A model generated the notes under the pieces. It had not been told where the DNA came from and made no database searches. It worked only from the letters and a program-made list of their open reading frames with translations. Positions 1 through 9,366 of a stretch of DNA of 64,000 bases are shown in pieces. Numbering within the stretch: the stretch's first letter is position 1; every line of letters begins with the position of its first letter. This DNA comes from an uncultured Acidimicrobiaceae bacterium (GTDB taxonomy: Bacteria; Actinomycetota; Acidimicrobiia; Acidimicrobiales; Bog-793), in the NCBI GenBank assembly GCA_963841155.1, contig CAWJBM010000002.1, positions 247,454 to 311,453 of the forward strand. Reading direction: 5' to 3'. The translations under genes were made by a program, and so were the position numbers.

Positions 1-2567
1 TTCGTGAGGCCCGTCACCTTGCAGGACAGCGCGCCGGTTGTCGAGCAGGTCCTGGCGCCTGGCGCAGAGGTGACGAGGTAGGAGGCAACTGCGCCACCGC
101 CGGGCGCGGGCGCCCGCCAAGAGACGATCGCGGAGGCGTTACCTGGCGTCGCGAAGACCGATGTGGGTGACCAGGGGAGGCCGACGTGGACGGGCGCGGA
201 GTTGGCGGAGGCAGGGCTATCGCCCTGCTCGTCAAGAGCCACGACGGCAAAGGTGTAACTCCTGCCGTTGGTGAGGCCCCTCACGGTGCAGGTGAGCGGG
301 CCCGAGGACCAGGTACAGGTCTTGGCGCCCGGCGACGAGGTCACCGTGTAGCTCGTCACGCCTGAGCCCGCGTAGGCGGGGGCGGACCAGGTGACGATGG
401 CGCTCGCGTTCGCGCTCACAGCGCTGACCCCGAGCGGCGACGACGGGGGGCCAACAGGCCTTCCGAGCTTCGCAAGCGACGCAGGAGAGGTGCCTTCGGC
501 GTTCTTGGCCACCACGGTCACGGTGTAGGTGACGCCGTTGCTGAGGCCCGTGATCTGGCAGGAGAACGCAGGCGTCGAACAACTGTGGTGTCCTGGCGAC
601 ACGGTGGCGGTGTAGTCGTCGACCGGGTAACCGTTGCCGGCAGCCGGTGACCACGAGATGACGAGGCTCTTGTTCTGGTCGTAAACGGAGACCCCAGTCG
701 GAACCGATGGCGTGCCAATGAGGACTGCATTCGACTTCGCCGACGAGGCCCCGGACCCGACCCGGTTGGTCGCGACGACGGTGAAGCTGTAGCGCGACCC
801 GAGCGTAAGTGGGGCGACCGTGCAGGACAGCGATGCGGTCCGACACGACGCTCCTCCGGGCGAGGCGGTCGCGGTGTAGGCGGTGACAGGAGCACCACCG
901 TTGTTGGCCGGCGCTCGCCACGCGACGGTGGCTGACCGGTTGCCAGCGACGGCGCTCACCTTGAGCGGCTGGCCTGGGTCCATTGCCGGGATGACGGTGT
1001 TCGACTCGAGCGAGGGAGCGGACGCGCCGTAGGCATTCCGCGACTTCACCGTGAAGGTGTAGGAGTTGCCGTTGGTGAGACCCGTCGCCGTGCAGGACAG
1101 CGCGCCGGTGGTCGAGCAACTCTGGTCGCCCGGCGAAGCGGTAGCCATGTAGCCCGTGATCGCCGAGCCGCCGTTCGAGGTGGGTGCCAACCAGGAGACG
1201 ACCGCGCTCGCAGGTCGAGCAGCAGCGATCACCTTGCTCGGTGGAGACGGGGGCCCCTTCGGGATGACCGCGTTCGACGGGCTGCTCGCCTGTCCAGCAC
1301 CGGCGGCGTTGGCGGCCTGCACCGTGAAGGTGTACGTGGCGCCGTTGGTGAGGCCGGTCACTGTGCAGGACAGCGCACCGGTGGTCGAGCAACTCTGGCC
1401 GCCCGGCGCGGCGGTCGCCGTGTAGGCCGTGATCGCCGAGCCGGTGTCGTAGGCCGGCTGCCACGACACCGTAGCGCTGCCGTCACCGGCTGCTGCGGTC
1501 ACCGCTGATGGAGCTCCCGGAGGGCCGTAAGGTGTCACCGAGACAGGAGGAGAGGGGGACGAGTTCCCCACCGAGTTGGTGGCCGTGACGGTCACCGAAT
1601 ACGTGGTCCCATTGCTGAGACCCGTGATCGTGCACGAGGTGCCACCGGTGCTGCACGAAGGCCCACCGCCGGAGGTGGCCGCCGTGTAGGAGTTGATCGG
1701 AGAACCCCCGTCGTTTGGTACCGACCACGAGATCGTGGCCGAACCGTTGCCAGGAGACGCCGACAGAATGCTAGGCGGGGAGGGTACCGCGGCGGAAGAC
1801 GCACCCCAGAGCGGAGCGGAGGGAGCGGCTTCGTCCTCGTCTGGCTGGCCGGTCATCTCCGGCTCGTCGTACTGCCAAGCGGCATGCTGGGCAGCGCATG
1901 GCGGCCAGGCGGCATCCGACCAGCTCGGCGCGCTTCCCGGACCCGATGGCTTGGTCCCAAAGAGCGGCTCGTACTCACTGGTGTACAACTCAGTATTACC
2001 GACAGCGCTGTCAGCCGCGACGGCGGCGCAGTACGCGCCAGAGAATTGTCCGTTGACAGGGTTGCCGTAGAGTCCCGGTGCGTAGCCCCCGGCCGACACT
2101 GCGCTGAACCACGCCTCGACGAACGCGGCGTCGATAGCGGAGCCCTGTTCGACATCCTTGAAGATTGCGACGCCAGGCGGCGCGCCGAGAGCCTCCGCTG
2201 CTGCTACGGCAGCGTCGCCCTCGCTGGTTCCGTTCGATGCCCCGACGGTGTTGTTCGGGTCCAGGGTGTGGTCTTGCACAAGCAACAGCAGATCGATTCC
2301 CTGTGAGAGATCCCACTGCGCCTGAGAAGCAGTAATCGCCGAAAACGAGTAGGTGTAGATGTACTGGCCCCAGAACGCTGGTACCGCTCCGCCAGTATCA
2401 CCCTCGATTGTCCCGAGTTCGGACTGAGCAGACGACGCCGAATCGACCCCCCACAACTGACCGCCGGGCGTGGTGAGCGACGATGCACTCGCCGCAATCA
2501 TCGGCTGGATCAGCTGTGCCAGAACGAATGCCGCGGTGGCCAACGCGCAACGCAGGACCACGAACAT
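1..2567 (-). CDS. Secreted multidomain protein: DUF1906/Rv2525c-like glycoside-hydrolase-like N-domain followed by 7 fibronectin type III repeats; 3' end runs off the window
   Basis: Absent from the ORF track because there is no stop in the window. My minus-strand translation from ATG 2567-2565 (SD GGGAGG 6 nt upstream) stays open for 855 codons down to position 3. It begins MFVVLRCALATAAFVLAQ (signal-like). Next comes WGVDSAS..FWGQYIYTY..AIFKDVEQG (DUF1906-like). Then 7 units carry the FN3 signature, e.g. SCSTTGALSCTVTGLTNGATYTFTV. Listed ORF 232..1464(-) is an out-of-frame shadow. Confidence 0.8.
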   Translation of the reverse strand, partial: MFVVLRCALATAAFVLAQLIQPMIAASASSLTTPGGQLWGVDSASSAQSELGTIEGDTGGAVPAFWGQYIYTYSFSAITASQAQWDLSQGIDLLLLVQDHTLDPNNTVGASNGTSEGDAAVAAAEALGAPPGVAIFKDVEQGSAIDAAFVEAWFSAVSAGGYAPGLYGNPVNGQFSGAYCAAVAADSAVGNTELYTSEYEPLFGTKPSGPGSAPSWSDAAWPPCAAQHAAWQYDEPEMTGQPDEDEAAPSAPLWGASSAAVPSPPSILSASPGNGSATISWSVPNDGGSPINSYTAATSGGGPSCSTGGTSCTITGLSNGTTYSVTVTATNSVGNSSPSPPVSVTPYGPPGAPSAVTAAAGDGSATVSWQPAYDTGSAITAYTATAAPGGQSCSTTGALSCTVTGLTNGATYTFTVQAANAAGAGQASSPSNAVIPKGPPSPPSKVIAAARPASAVVSWLAPTSNGGSAITGYMATASPGDQSCSTTGALSCTATGLTNGNSYTFTVKSRNAYGASAPSLESNTVIPAMDPGQPLKVSAVAGNRSATVAWRAPANNGGAPVTAYTATASPGGASCRTASLSCTVAPLTLGSRYSFTVVATNRVGSGASSAKSNAVLIGTPSVPTGVSVYDQNKSLVISWSPAAGNGYPVDDYTATVSPGHHSCSTPAFSCQITGLSNGVTYTVTVVAKNAEGTSPASLAKLGRPVGPPSSPLGVSAVSANASAIVTWSAPAYAGSGVTSYTVTSSPGAKTCTWSSGPLTCTVRGLTNGRSYTFAVVALDEQGDSPASANSAPVHVGLPWSPTSVFATPGNASAIVSWRAPAPGGGAVASYLVTSAPGARTCSTTGALSCKVTGLT

Positions 2568-2919
2568 CTTCCCCCTCCCAGTCGCGGCAGCTCGGAAGAA
2601 TCCCCGCAGTCCGCCGAGAACACCGTGCACCGACAACGCCGTCATTAGTCGGAACCTCACACGCATGGCGCCTCGCAATCGGCAGACATCTTGTCACAAG
2701 AGAGAGCGCAATACCGACGGACGTCGCCCGAACAGGGGAACGGATCAGCTGCGCAGGAATCACAGGGTCGTCAGATGCTCGGGTCGTCTGATTCCCTTGC
2801 TACTGGTTTGCTACTCAACTGGGGGCCACTGGCAAGACTGGGGACTACGGGGTGGACTGGCGGCCCAACCTGAGCTGCCCATACGGACAGGACCACACTT
2901 GCTGGACGTCCGGGACCGC

Positions 2920-2966
2920 ACTACGGATCAGAAGGTTGGGGATTCGAGTTCCTCCGAGCGCGCTGA
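2920..2966 (+). repeat. tRNA-Arg(ACG)-like 3' half (anticodon loop to discriminator); left att-type direct repeat
   Basis: Sequence ACTACGGATCAGAAGGTTGGGGATTCGAGTTCCTCCGAGCGCGCTGA. It reads as anticodon loop CTACGGA, stem strand TCAGA, variable AGGTT, T-arm GGGGA/TTCGAGT/TCCTC, acceptor strand CGAGCGC and discriminator G. No D-arm or 5' acceptor (GCGCTCG) lies upstream, so this is not an intact tRNA. It is 46/47 identical to 24814..24860. Confidence 0.75.
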
Positions 2967-3079
2967 CCAGGGATTATGTACGGCGAGAGAATCTAATTAG
3001 GGTGGCACAGCGCAGGCTAAGCGTCTAATATGTACCCTCAGGCAGGGCCGTTAGTGGCCCTGACCAGGAGGGTCGGGCA

Positions 3080-4006
3080 ATGAGTAAGGCGCTTGACATC
3101 GAGGGGCTGGACACGATCGAAGCCGTGCTTCCGGACTTCTCACTCTCGCTGCGAGCACGCAACCGCTCGCCTCGCACGGTCCAGAGCTACTGCGAGGCCG
3201 CGAGGCTGTTCGACACCTACTTGACCGAACGTGGCATGCCGCGGAACCTTCGGAACATCGGTCGCGAACATGTCGAGGCATTCATTGACGACCAGTTGAC
3301 TCGGCGCAGTCACGCGTCGGCCGCTGTCCGCTTTCGCTCGCTTCAGCAATTCTTCCGCTGGGCGAAGGAAGACGGACAGATCACCGCGTCGCCGATGGCG
3401 AACATGTCGCCGCCGTCCGTCACCGCTCCCCCGGTCCCGGTCGTGAAGGACGACCACTTCAGGCTCTTGCTCAAGACCTGCGAGGGCAAGACGTTCGAGG
3501 ACTACCGCGACGCCGCGATCCTGTCACTGCTCTTTGACACTGGCGCTCGGCTGAGTGAGATCACCAACCTCCGACTCTCAGACGTGGACAACGGCGAGAT
3601 GCCGCAGATTCGTGTCATAGGCAAGGGTCGACGCGCTCGGTCGGTTGACTACGGCGTCAAGACTCGCAAGGCACTTCGCAACTACGAGAAGGCGAGATCA
3701 CTGCATCCGCTCGCAAACCTCGATTGGCTGTGGCTCGGCAGTCGCGGCAAGCAACTCACGCAATCGGGCATCGCTCAGATGTTGCGCCGTCGTTGCCGCG
3801 CGGCTGGCATCCCCGAACTTCACCCGCACATGTTCAGACACAGCTTTGCTCATTCGTGGCTCGCCAGCGGTCGCGAAGAGGGCGACCTGATGCGACTCGC
3901 CGGCTGGTCGTCCCGTGACATGTTGCAGCGCTACGGTGCCAGTGCCGCCGTTGAGCGTGCACACGACGCCTACCGCCGTGGTGGCTCGCCGGTAGACCGC
4001 CTGTAG
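3080..4006 (+). CDS. int: Tyrosine recombinase / phage-type integrase (XerC/D-like)
   Basis: 308 aa. Catalytic motifs: ARLSEITNLRLSDVD (Arg), HPHMFRHSFAHSW (H-x-x-R), LAGWSSRDMLQRYGA (Tyr). It starts 113 bp downstream of the tRNA-half repeat. Confidence 0.9.
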   Translation: MSKALDIEGLDTIEAVLPDFSLSLRARNRSPRTVQSYCEAARLFDTYLTERGMPRNLRNIGREHVEAFIDDQLTRRSHASAAVRFRSLQQFFRWAKEDGQITASPMANMSPPSVTAPPVPVVKDDHFRLLLKTCEGKTFEDYRDAAILSLLFDTGARLSEITNLRLSDVDNGEMPQIRVIGKGRRARSVDYGVKTRKALRNYEKARSLHPLANLDWLWLGSRGKQLTQSGIAQMLRRRCRAAGIPELHPHMFRHSFAHSWLASGREEGDLMRLAGWSSRDMLQRYGASAAVERAHDAYRRGGSPVDRL

Positions 4007-4346
4007 GCAGCTGGGGTGCCCATGTCAGACCTTGTCAGTCCAGGGTTTTGTTCGTGAAGGACATGCTCAACGTCGACTGGGTCGAGGTCCCGGGCGGTGT
4101 GCTTATCCGAGGCACCACCCGGCAGACGAGGCCGACGATGTTGTCTGTCGTCACGCCGACTAAGGCCTCCCCTGTTCCTACTTTGCCAAGGAGTTGCTAT
4201 TGGGCCGAACGGTGATCGGCGACCTGTCGTCGTCGCGGCCGAGCACATCACCAACGTGGGAGCTGGCAATGGCCAATGGCGAGTGCTCGTTACTACCGAG
4301 GCGATTCGCGGGTAAACCATACCCTTGTCGCTAGACGTCCCTACGC

Positions 4347-4388
4347 AGCCTGTTCCGCAGGTTCTGGGTTCGAGTCCCAGGGGGCCGC
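4347..4388 (+). other. Second tRNA-like 3' fragment (variable-arm hairpin + T-arm + acceptor strand), no 5' half
   Basis: AGCCTGTTCCGCAGGTT forms a hairpin. It is followed by CTGGG-TTCGAGT-CCCAG (canonical T-arm) and GGGGCCG + C. I could not fold an anticodon arm, D-arm or complementary 5' acceptor from the 90 nt upstream. Confidence 0.5.
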
Positions 4389-4511
4389 ACGAAAGCCCCG
4401 ATCACGGCGGTTTCGGGCATGGTACAAAGCCTCCGTTCCGGGTCCGGGGAGCCAATCTGGGAGCCAGTTGAGACCCGCTGCCCCTCTCTCTGGCCAGCAC
4501 GAAACGCCAGC

Positions 4512-5409
4512 TCACACCGCGATCGTGTCCTGGCGCGCCCGGGTGCAGGCGACGTACAGCTTCCGATGGGTGTCGTCCTCGACAGAAAGTCCTGCTTGCA
4601 GCGCTGCCTCTTCACTGGCCGCAAGCCGCACGGCGACAGTCTCCCACTCGCGTCCTTTCGCCTGGTGGGCAGTAAGTCCTGGAACCGGTCGGCCAGCTCG
4701 CAGAAGCCGCTTCGAGACTTCTGCGAGCCGCCCTGTGTGGGCAGGGTGAGCGCGCCGCATCACGCGAGGGGAAACCTCACGCATCACTTTTGTGAGCGCC
4801 TCGTATGAGCGTTTCAACGATTGGGGGTCCTTTACCCGGAGCAGGTCCACAACCTCCTGGAGGTCGGTCTCTAGCTGCCTCGGTAGTTCGGGATCGGCAA
4901 TGGCGAGAGCCGTAAGCGCTTCGCGCAAATAAGTCGCGTCCTCGTTGAAGATATGCCGAGTGATGTGGTTCAGGAGAAGCGTGGCGGCCGCTTCTTCGAC
5001 CCCCCCTTTGAAGGTGTGGAACGCGAGGGGCAAGACCTCGGGACCCACTTCCCACAGCGGTTTCCAGAAGAGGCTGAGCACGACGTCTGTCCGCTCATGC
5101 CAGGCGTCGTCAGTCGACAAAGTCACCGACTGGCCTGCTCGTAGGCGGTCGGCGAGATCTTCCTGCTTCTTGGTCCGCCATCGGAAGGAGCGCGTGAGCG
5201 GCATTGTCTGAAACTGTGCGCGCCTAAGAAGCTCATGGACTCTTTCGGGTCTGGCTCCACGGAAGAGGTAAAGCGCCTGCCAGGGGTCTCCTACCAGCGT
5301 CACGGAGATACCGCCGGAGAGGGCAAGCTCGATCACCTGCAGGTCAAGGTCGTTCGCGTCAAAGATCTCATCGACGATGAGGGACCGTGTGGTCTCAGCG
5401 AGTCGGTTA
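4512..5409 (-). pseudogene. UvrD/PcrA-like superfamily-1 helicase, C-terminal part only, truncated at the IS1380 end
   Basis: The reading frame is open up to the IS boundary: ..SLIVDEIFDANDLDLQ (motif II-like DExx), GDPWQALYLFRGA (motif III), TAHQAKGREWETV (motif V), YVACTRAR (motif VI). No Walker A region is present anywhere nearby. Confidence 0.8.
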
Positions 5410-7085
5410 CTAACCTCGATTATTCGCGCGATAGCGGCATGAAGCTGCCAGTATCCGCGTAAAAGGCCTCCTCAACTGGGAGAATGGCTGTGTTCCAAAG
5501 CAGCTCTCCAACCCAGGAGGAGGCCTCCTTGAAGGTGCATCGTAGCCGCTCGGTCCGCCGGGTCGAGGTAACCACCGACGGGCGCAACCTCGTCTCGCAC
5601 GCGGGCACCGCGTTGTTGTGCGAACTGGCCGATCGCACAGGGTTGACACACGGGTTGTCCGAGGCGATGGCCGACTGCGGCATCTCGTGGAACACCCACG
5701 ACCCGGGCGTCGTGCTCACTCACCTCGCCGTCGCCATCGCGGATGGGGCCGACTGCCTCAAAGACATCGACGCACTTCGCAAGCAGTCCGAGCTGTTCGG
5801 AGAGGTCGCGTCGATCTCGACCGCGTGGAGGGCGGTGAAGGCCACGGCGTCGCTCGAGCTGCGCCAGATCCCAAGGGCCGTGGCAAAGTCACGGGAGATC
5901 GTCTGGGCCGCGGCACCGCCGGGCGACATCACGATCGACTTCGACGCCACGCTCGTCACCGCGTTCTCCGACAAGCAGGACGCTCGCCCGACGTACAAGC
6001 ACGGTTATGGCTTTTACCCGCTCGGCGCCTGGTGCGACACGACCGTAGAGCCGCTCGGGGCGATGCTCCGTCCGGGTAACGCCGGCTCGAACGACGCCGA
6101 CGATCACCTCGAGTTGTTGGACCAGGTGATCGCCGCCCTCCCGCCGGAGTACCAGGTAGGTCACCAGCCCGGCGACGACCCGAGCCTTGTCCGACATCAC
6201 ATCCTTGTGAGGGCCGACTCGGCCGGGGCGAGCCACGACTTTGTCTCTGGCCTTGTGGAAGCCAACATCGAGTACTCGATCGGCCACCCGGTCGACTCAG
6301 GCGTGCGAGAGGCCTTGTTGTTGTTCCAAGAAGAGGACTGGGTCGGAGCGCTCGAGGCGGACGGGACCGACCGGGACGGTGCATGGGTGGCCGAGCTCAC
6401 AGATCTCATGGACTTGTCGGCCTGGGGTGAGGACGCACGGCTCATCTGCCGGCGAGAACGCCCTCACCCAGGGGCCCAGCTCAGCTTGTTCGACACCTCG
6501 GAGGGTTTTAGGCACACGTGTTTCATCACGAACGCGAATGCCTTGAACATCGACGCCGCTGCACTCGAGCTTCGTCACCGCGGCCATGCCCGCGTCGAGG
6601 ACCGGGTCCGGTGCTGGAAGGACTGCGGGTTACAGAACCTGCCGTTCGCGAGCTTCACCCAGAACCTCGCCTGGGTGGCCACCAGTCTCATCGCCGGGGC
6701 GCTTATCGCCTGGGCGCAGATGACCTGCCTCGACGGCGAGCTCGCAAAGGCCGAGCCGAAGACGATCCGCTACCGGCTGTTGCACGTCGCCGCCGTCCTC
6801 GTGCGCCGTGGGCACCGGCTCATCTTGCGCCTGGACGAGACATGGCCGTGGGCAGCACCGCTCAGGCGAGCATTCCTGAAGTTGCGGACCGCGTTCCCCT
6901 GACGAACAGGGTCCCGGCGCCCGACCCGGCCACGGTGAGTCTCCCGAGGGCGTGACATCCGACAAGAGCACGAAACTCTGACTCGTCGCGCCCTGCCACG
7001 ACCGGGCGCCCTCACCGTCACCCCATCGTCACGACTCGACCGCTCGCCGTCAGCTTCCCGAGGCAAGATGAATTCTCGAGGTTAG
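5410..7085 (+). mobile_element. IS1380-family insertion sequence, copy 1
   Basis: Terminal inverted repeats are CTAACCTCGAT.. (left) and ..CTCGAGGTTAG (right). The ends were also delimited by alignment to copy 2 (20973..22651). There is no matching flanking direct repeat. The left flank is helicase coding sequence and the right flank is an rve-transposase remnant. Confidence 0.8.
5484..6902 (+). CDS. IS1380-family DDE transposase
   Basis: 472 aa. The N-terminus ..VTTDGRNLVSHAGTALLCELADRTGLT..HDPGVVLTHLAVAIADGADCLKDIDALR..ELFG.VAS..TAWR is the typical IS1380 architecture. Confidence 0.85.
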   Translation: MAVFQSSSPTQEEASLKVHRSRSVRRVEVTTDGRNLVSHAGTALLCELADRTGLTHGLSEAMADCGISWNTHDPGVVLTHLAVAIADGADCLKDIDALRKQSELFGEVASISTAWRAVKATASLELRQIPRAVAKSREIVWAAAPPGDITIDFDATLVTAFSDKQDARPTYKHGYGFYPLGAWCDTTVEPLGAMLRPGNAGSNDADDHLELLDQVIAALPPEYQVGHQPGDDPSLVRHHILVRADSAGASHDFVSGLVEANIEYSIGHPVDSGVREALLLFQEEDWVGALEADGTDRDGAWVAELTDLMDLSAWGEDARLICRRERPHPGAQLSLFDTSEGFRHTCFITNANALNIDAAALELRHRGHARVEDRVRCWKDCGLQNLPFASFTQNLAWVATSLIAGALIAWAQMTCLDGELAKAEPKTIRYRLLHVAAVLVRRGHRLILRLDETWPWAAPLRRAFLKLRTAFP

Positions 7086-7232
7086 GAGCACCGTCCGCGT
7101 CGCGGCCTGGATCAGAAGGCGCTGGGGACCTTGGGGCTTGTGCCGGACCCGATCGATGAGCCCGACTTGACGCCGTTACGACGAACCGAGATCCTCGACG
7201 GCCTCATTCATGAGTACCGCCTCTTGGCGTGA
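7086..7232 (+). pseudogene. C-terminal remnant of an rve (IS481/IS3-type integrase-core) transposase
   Basis: In-frame from the IS1380 boundary: EHRPRRGLDQKALG...LRRTEILDGLIHEYRLLA*. This matches the classic ..YN.HRPH..L....RR..LGGLIHEY..AA* tail. Confidence 0.65.
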
Positions 7233-7388
7233 CCTGGTCGGATCGATTCTCGGCAGGCACAGGTATCGATGAACCTCGCCAACGCAGATGACGCCCCAGG
7301 AATCTTGACAACCCACCCCGCCAGCGCGAAACTGCACTTCAGGGGTACCTCCTCTCATTCACACCCTTTCTCAGCGACGGAGGGCGCT

Positions 7389-8422
7389 ATGCCCATTTCG
7401 CGACTTGTGAGGCGCTTTCCTCGGCGGTCCCTCGCTATCACCGCGGCCCCGTTGTGTACTGCGCTTGCACTTCTTTCTCTAGTCCTGGCTCCCGCGCATG
7501 CGTTCGCCTCCGACAGTCCGGGCAATTACTACTATGGTGCAGATAGTGGCAATCCCACAGCGCTGGGGACCGGACCCTATACGATGCCAACGGTGGGCGG
7601 AACGTTTGGAGTATACGTGGCTGAGGACGGACCTGGTCTGATATGCAGGGATGTGCAAGTTACAAGTATAGACTGATTAGCAATACTGATGTGACGGCCG
7701 CTAATTGGGAGTTCACCTCCCTGTACGGCTCAGTAGGTGAGCCGTGGCCCGAAGGCGCCGCCATGTATTGGTATATGGCTGGTCCTGGAGCCGACCCTGA
7801 GTACAATCCGAGCACGTACACCCTTGCTGAAGCGACAGCCTGGGGGAAAGAGCAGGCCGAAGCCGCGAACAGCTGGTGGCTGGCTCATGGACCCGGGATC
7901 ACTTCGGGCGTAGTGTTTATGGATATAGAGGGTGGCTATACCGCTGATGGAGTAAACTACGCGAACGGGTGGAATGAATGGGTGTACAGTTCTGGTACCG
8001 ATTGCGGAGAGATCATCTCTAGTGAGGATATACCGCCCGCCATCGATCGCGGGGTTGTGAATGGTTTTGGAACCTGTATCGACGGGCAGACCTTGACTTC
8101 CGCCGTCTACTCATCTCCCGATTACTGGGCAGAAACGTTCGGCACGTGCAGCAGCTCTAATCGTCCTGCCTGTCTTACTGAGACTCCCGAATGGACATCG
8201 GAGGGCGACTCGGGTTGTGCACTACCCGGTCCACATGGATGGGCTCAGGCTGCTGGTGTCTGTGGTGCGGAATCGGGCACGTTTTTCGGTGATGTTGGCA
8301 GCACTTACCAGCTCGGATGGCAATGGTGTGAAGCCAGTAGTCTTGACGACTATTGCAACCTCAACAATCAGCAGGACGCCGATTTCGATCAGTCCGATGC
8401 CTCCAACTGGCCGCTTGGCTGA
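7389..8422 (+). pseudogene. Secreted DUF1906-like (glycoside-hydrolase-like) protein, frameshifted
   Basis: ORF 7269..7676 supplies SD GGAGGG, ATG 7389 and a signal peptide (..ALALLSLVLAPAHAFA). ORF 7643..8422 supplies the rest. The two overlap in different frames between 7625 and 7676, so one shift there would join them. The region is visibly AT-richer than its surroundings. Confidence 0.6.
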
Positions 8423-8457
8423 TGAAGAGACTTAGCAGAATGGGGAGCTGAGAGTCC

Positions 8458-9204
8458 GTGATGGCGAGACGTGGCTACAGGAAATATCGGGGTCTGATGG
8501 TTGTCGGACTGCTGGTTTTGTCATTGATAGTGATAGTGGTGGCGCTTGGTGCGCCGGCCAGAGGCGTGTTGGCGCGAGTTCAAGCTTCGTCGCTTCGTAA
8601 TCATGCGGCTCGAGAACCGGCGGGCCGTACCGCGTCTCGGTCTAGGTCCAGGGAGGTCGCTGACGCGTCCGATCCCGTGTGTGCCGCGGGTCAGCTGGCT
8701 TTGTCGAGTCAACTTTACCAAGTGGGTATGCCGGGTGCCTTTGAGATCTATTCGATAACAAACGTGGGAGTCACGCCATGTAGCTTGGTGGGCGCGCCGA
8801 TCTTCGCCGCTAAGAATGCTGACGGACAGGCGGTCGAAGCCGACTCCGAGACTTTTAGCAATGCGGCGGGTGGCGCGGTGGAGAGCAGTGTAGCGGGCGA
8901 CCCAGTGGATCTTTCGCCGGGGGCGAGCGGTTCTTTCGCGGTGTGGTGGCAGAATTGCTCAGACCCCGTTCCCAGTTCCGGGTTGACGTTGCAAAACGTA
9001 ACCACGATTTGGACGTTCTCCGGTCAGGAGGCTGGGATCACTCGAGTCATGCCGAATGCCACGGTTAGCTGCCCGAATGTGGTTCTCGTGGCTTCTGAGA
9101 TTGAGCCTGGAGTCATGTCGAGTCCGCCTTGGTTGCCAGCGCCTTCAGCTGGGTTGCCGCCGGGAGGTGTTGCTCCGACCGAAGGTTCGCTGAGGAGCAA
9201 CTGA
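8458..9204 (+). CDS. Membrane-anchored secreted protein, DUF4232-like
   Basis: N-terminal TM segment (MVVGLLVLSLIVIVVAL). Then C..GQLAL....GMPGAFEIYSITNVGVTPCSLVG.P, a paired-Cys pattern typical of DUF4232. Confidence 0.55.
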   Translation: MMARRGYRKYRGLMVVGLLVLSLIVIVVALGAPARGVLARVQASSLRNHAAREPAGRTASRSRSREVADASDPVCAAGQLALSSQLYQVGMPGAFEIYSITNVGVTPCSLVGAPIFAAKNADGQAVEADSETFSNAAGGAVESSVAGDPVDLSPGASGSFAVWWQNCSDPVPSSGLTLQNVTTIWTFSGQEAGITRVMPNATVSCPNVVLVASEIEPGVMSSPPWLPAPSAGLPPGGVAPTEGSLRSN

Positions 9205-9226
9205 CGCACGCTGAGTGGGCCTTCCT

Positions 9227-9242
9227 GTACGCGCGTGCGTAC
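9227..9242 (+). terminator. Possible hairpin terminator after 8458..9204
   Basis: GTACGC-GCGT-GCGTAC is a perfect 6-bp stem followed by TTAT. The U-tract is weak. Confidence 0.3.
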
Positions 9243-9366
9243 TTATCGCAGTTGGCTACCTGCCCAGCTTGACAGGTGGCTGTAGCAATGAGAGCCGGGT
9301 GAACAAGTGTTGAGCCGATATCGGAGTCTGGCCGGATTTATAGGGGCGAGAAAAAGCCGATCCTCA

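Noticed and set aside
232-1464. Listed 410-aa ORF (and 518..898, 1483..1728 and others) on the minus strand.
   Set aside because: These are out-of-frame shadows of the real FN3-repeat gene. The true frame gives textbook FN3 motifs and is open across the whole region.
2568-2966. Considered whether the 400-bp gap before int holds a tmRNA (ssrA) or an intact tRNA ending at 2966.
   Set aside because: There is no GGGG...TTCGAC 5' end, no tag-peptide reading frame ending in ..LAA, and no D-arm or 5' acceptor complementary to CGAGCGC. Only the 3' half of a tRNA-Arg-like sequence is present.
4055-4200. Short frame ..MLNVDWVEVPGGVLIRGTT.., resembling the start of a formylglycine-generating-enzyme/SUMF1-type protein.
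   Set aside because: Only about 20 residues are suggestive before the frame degenerates. The evidence is insufficient.
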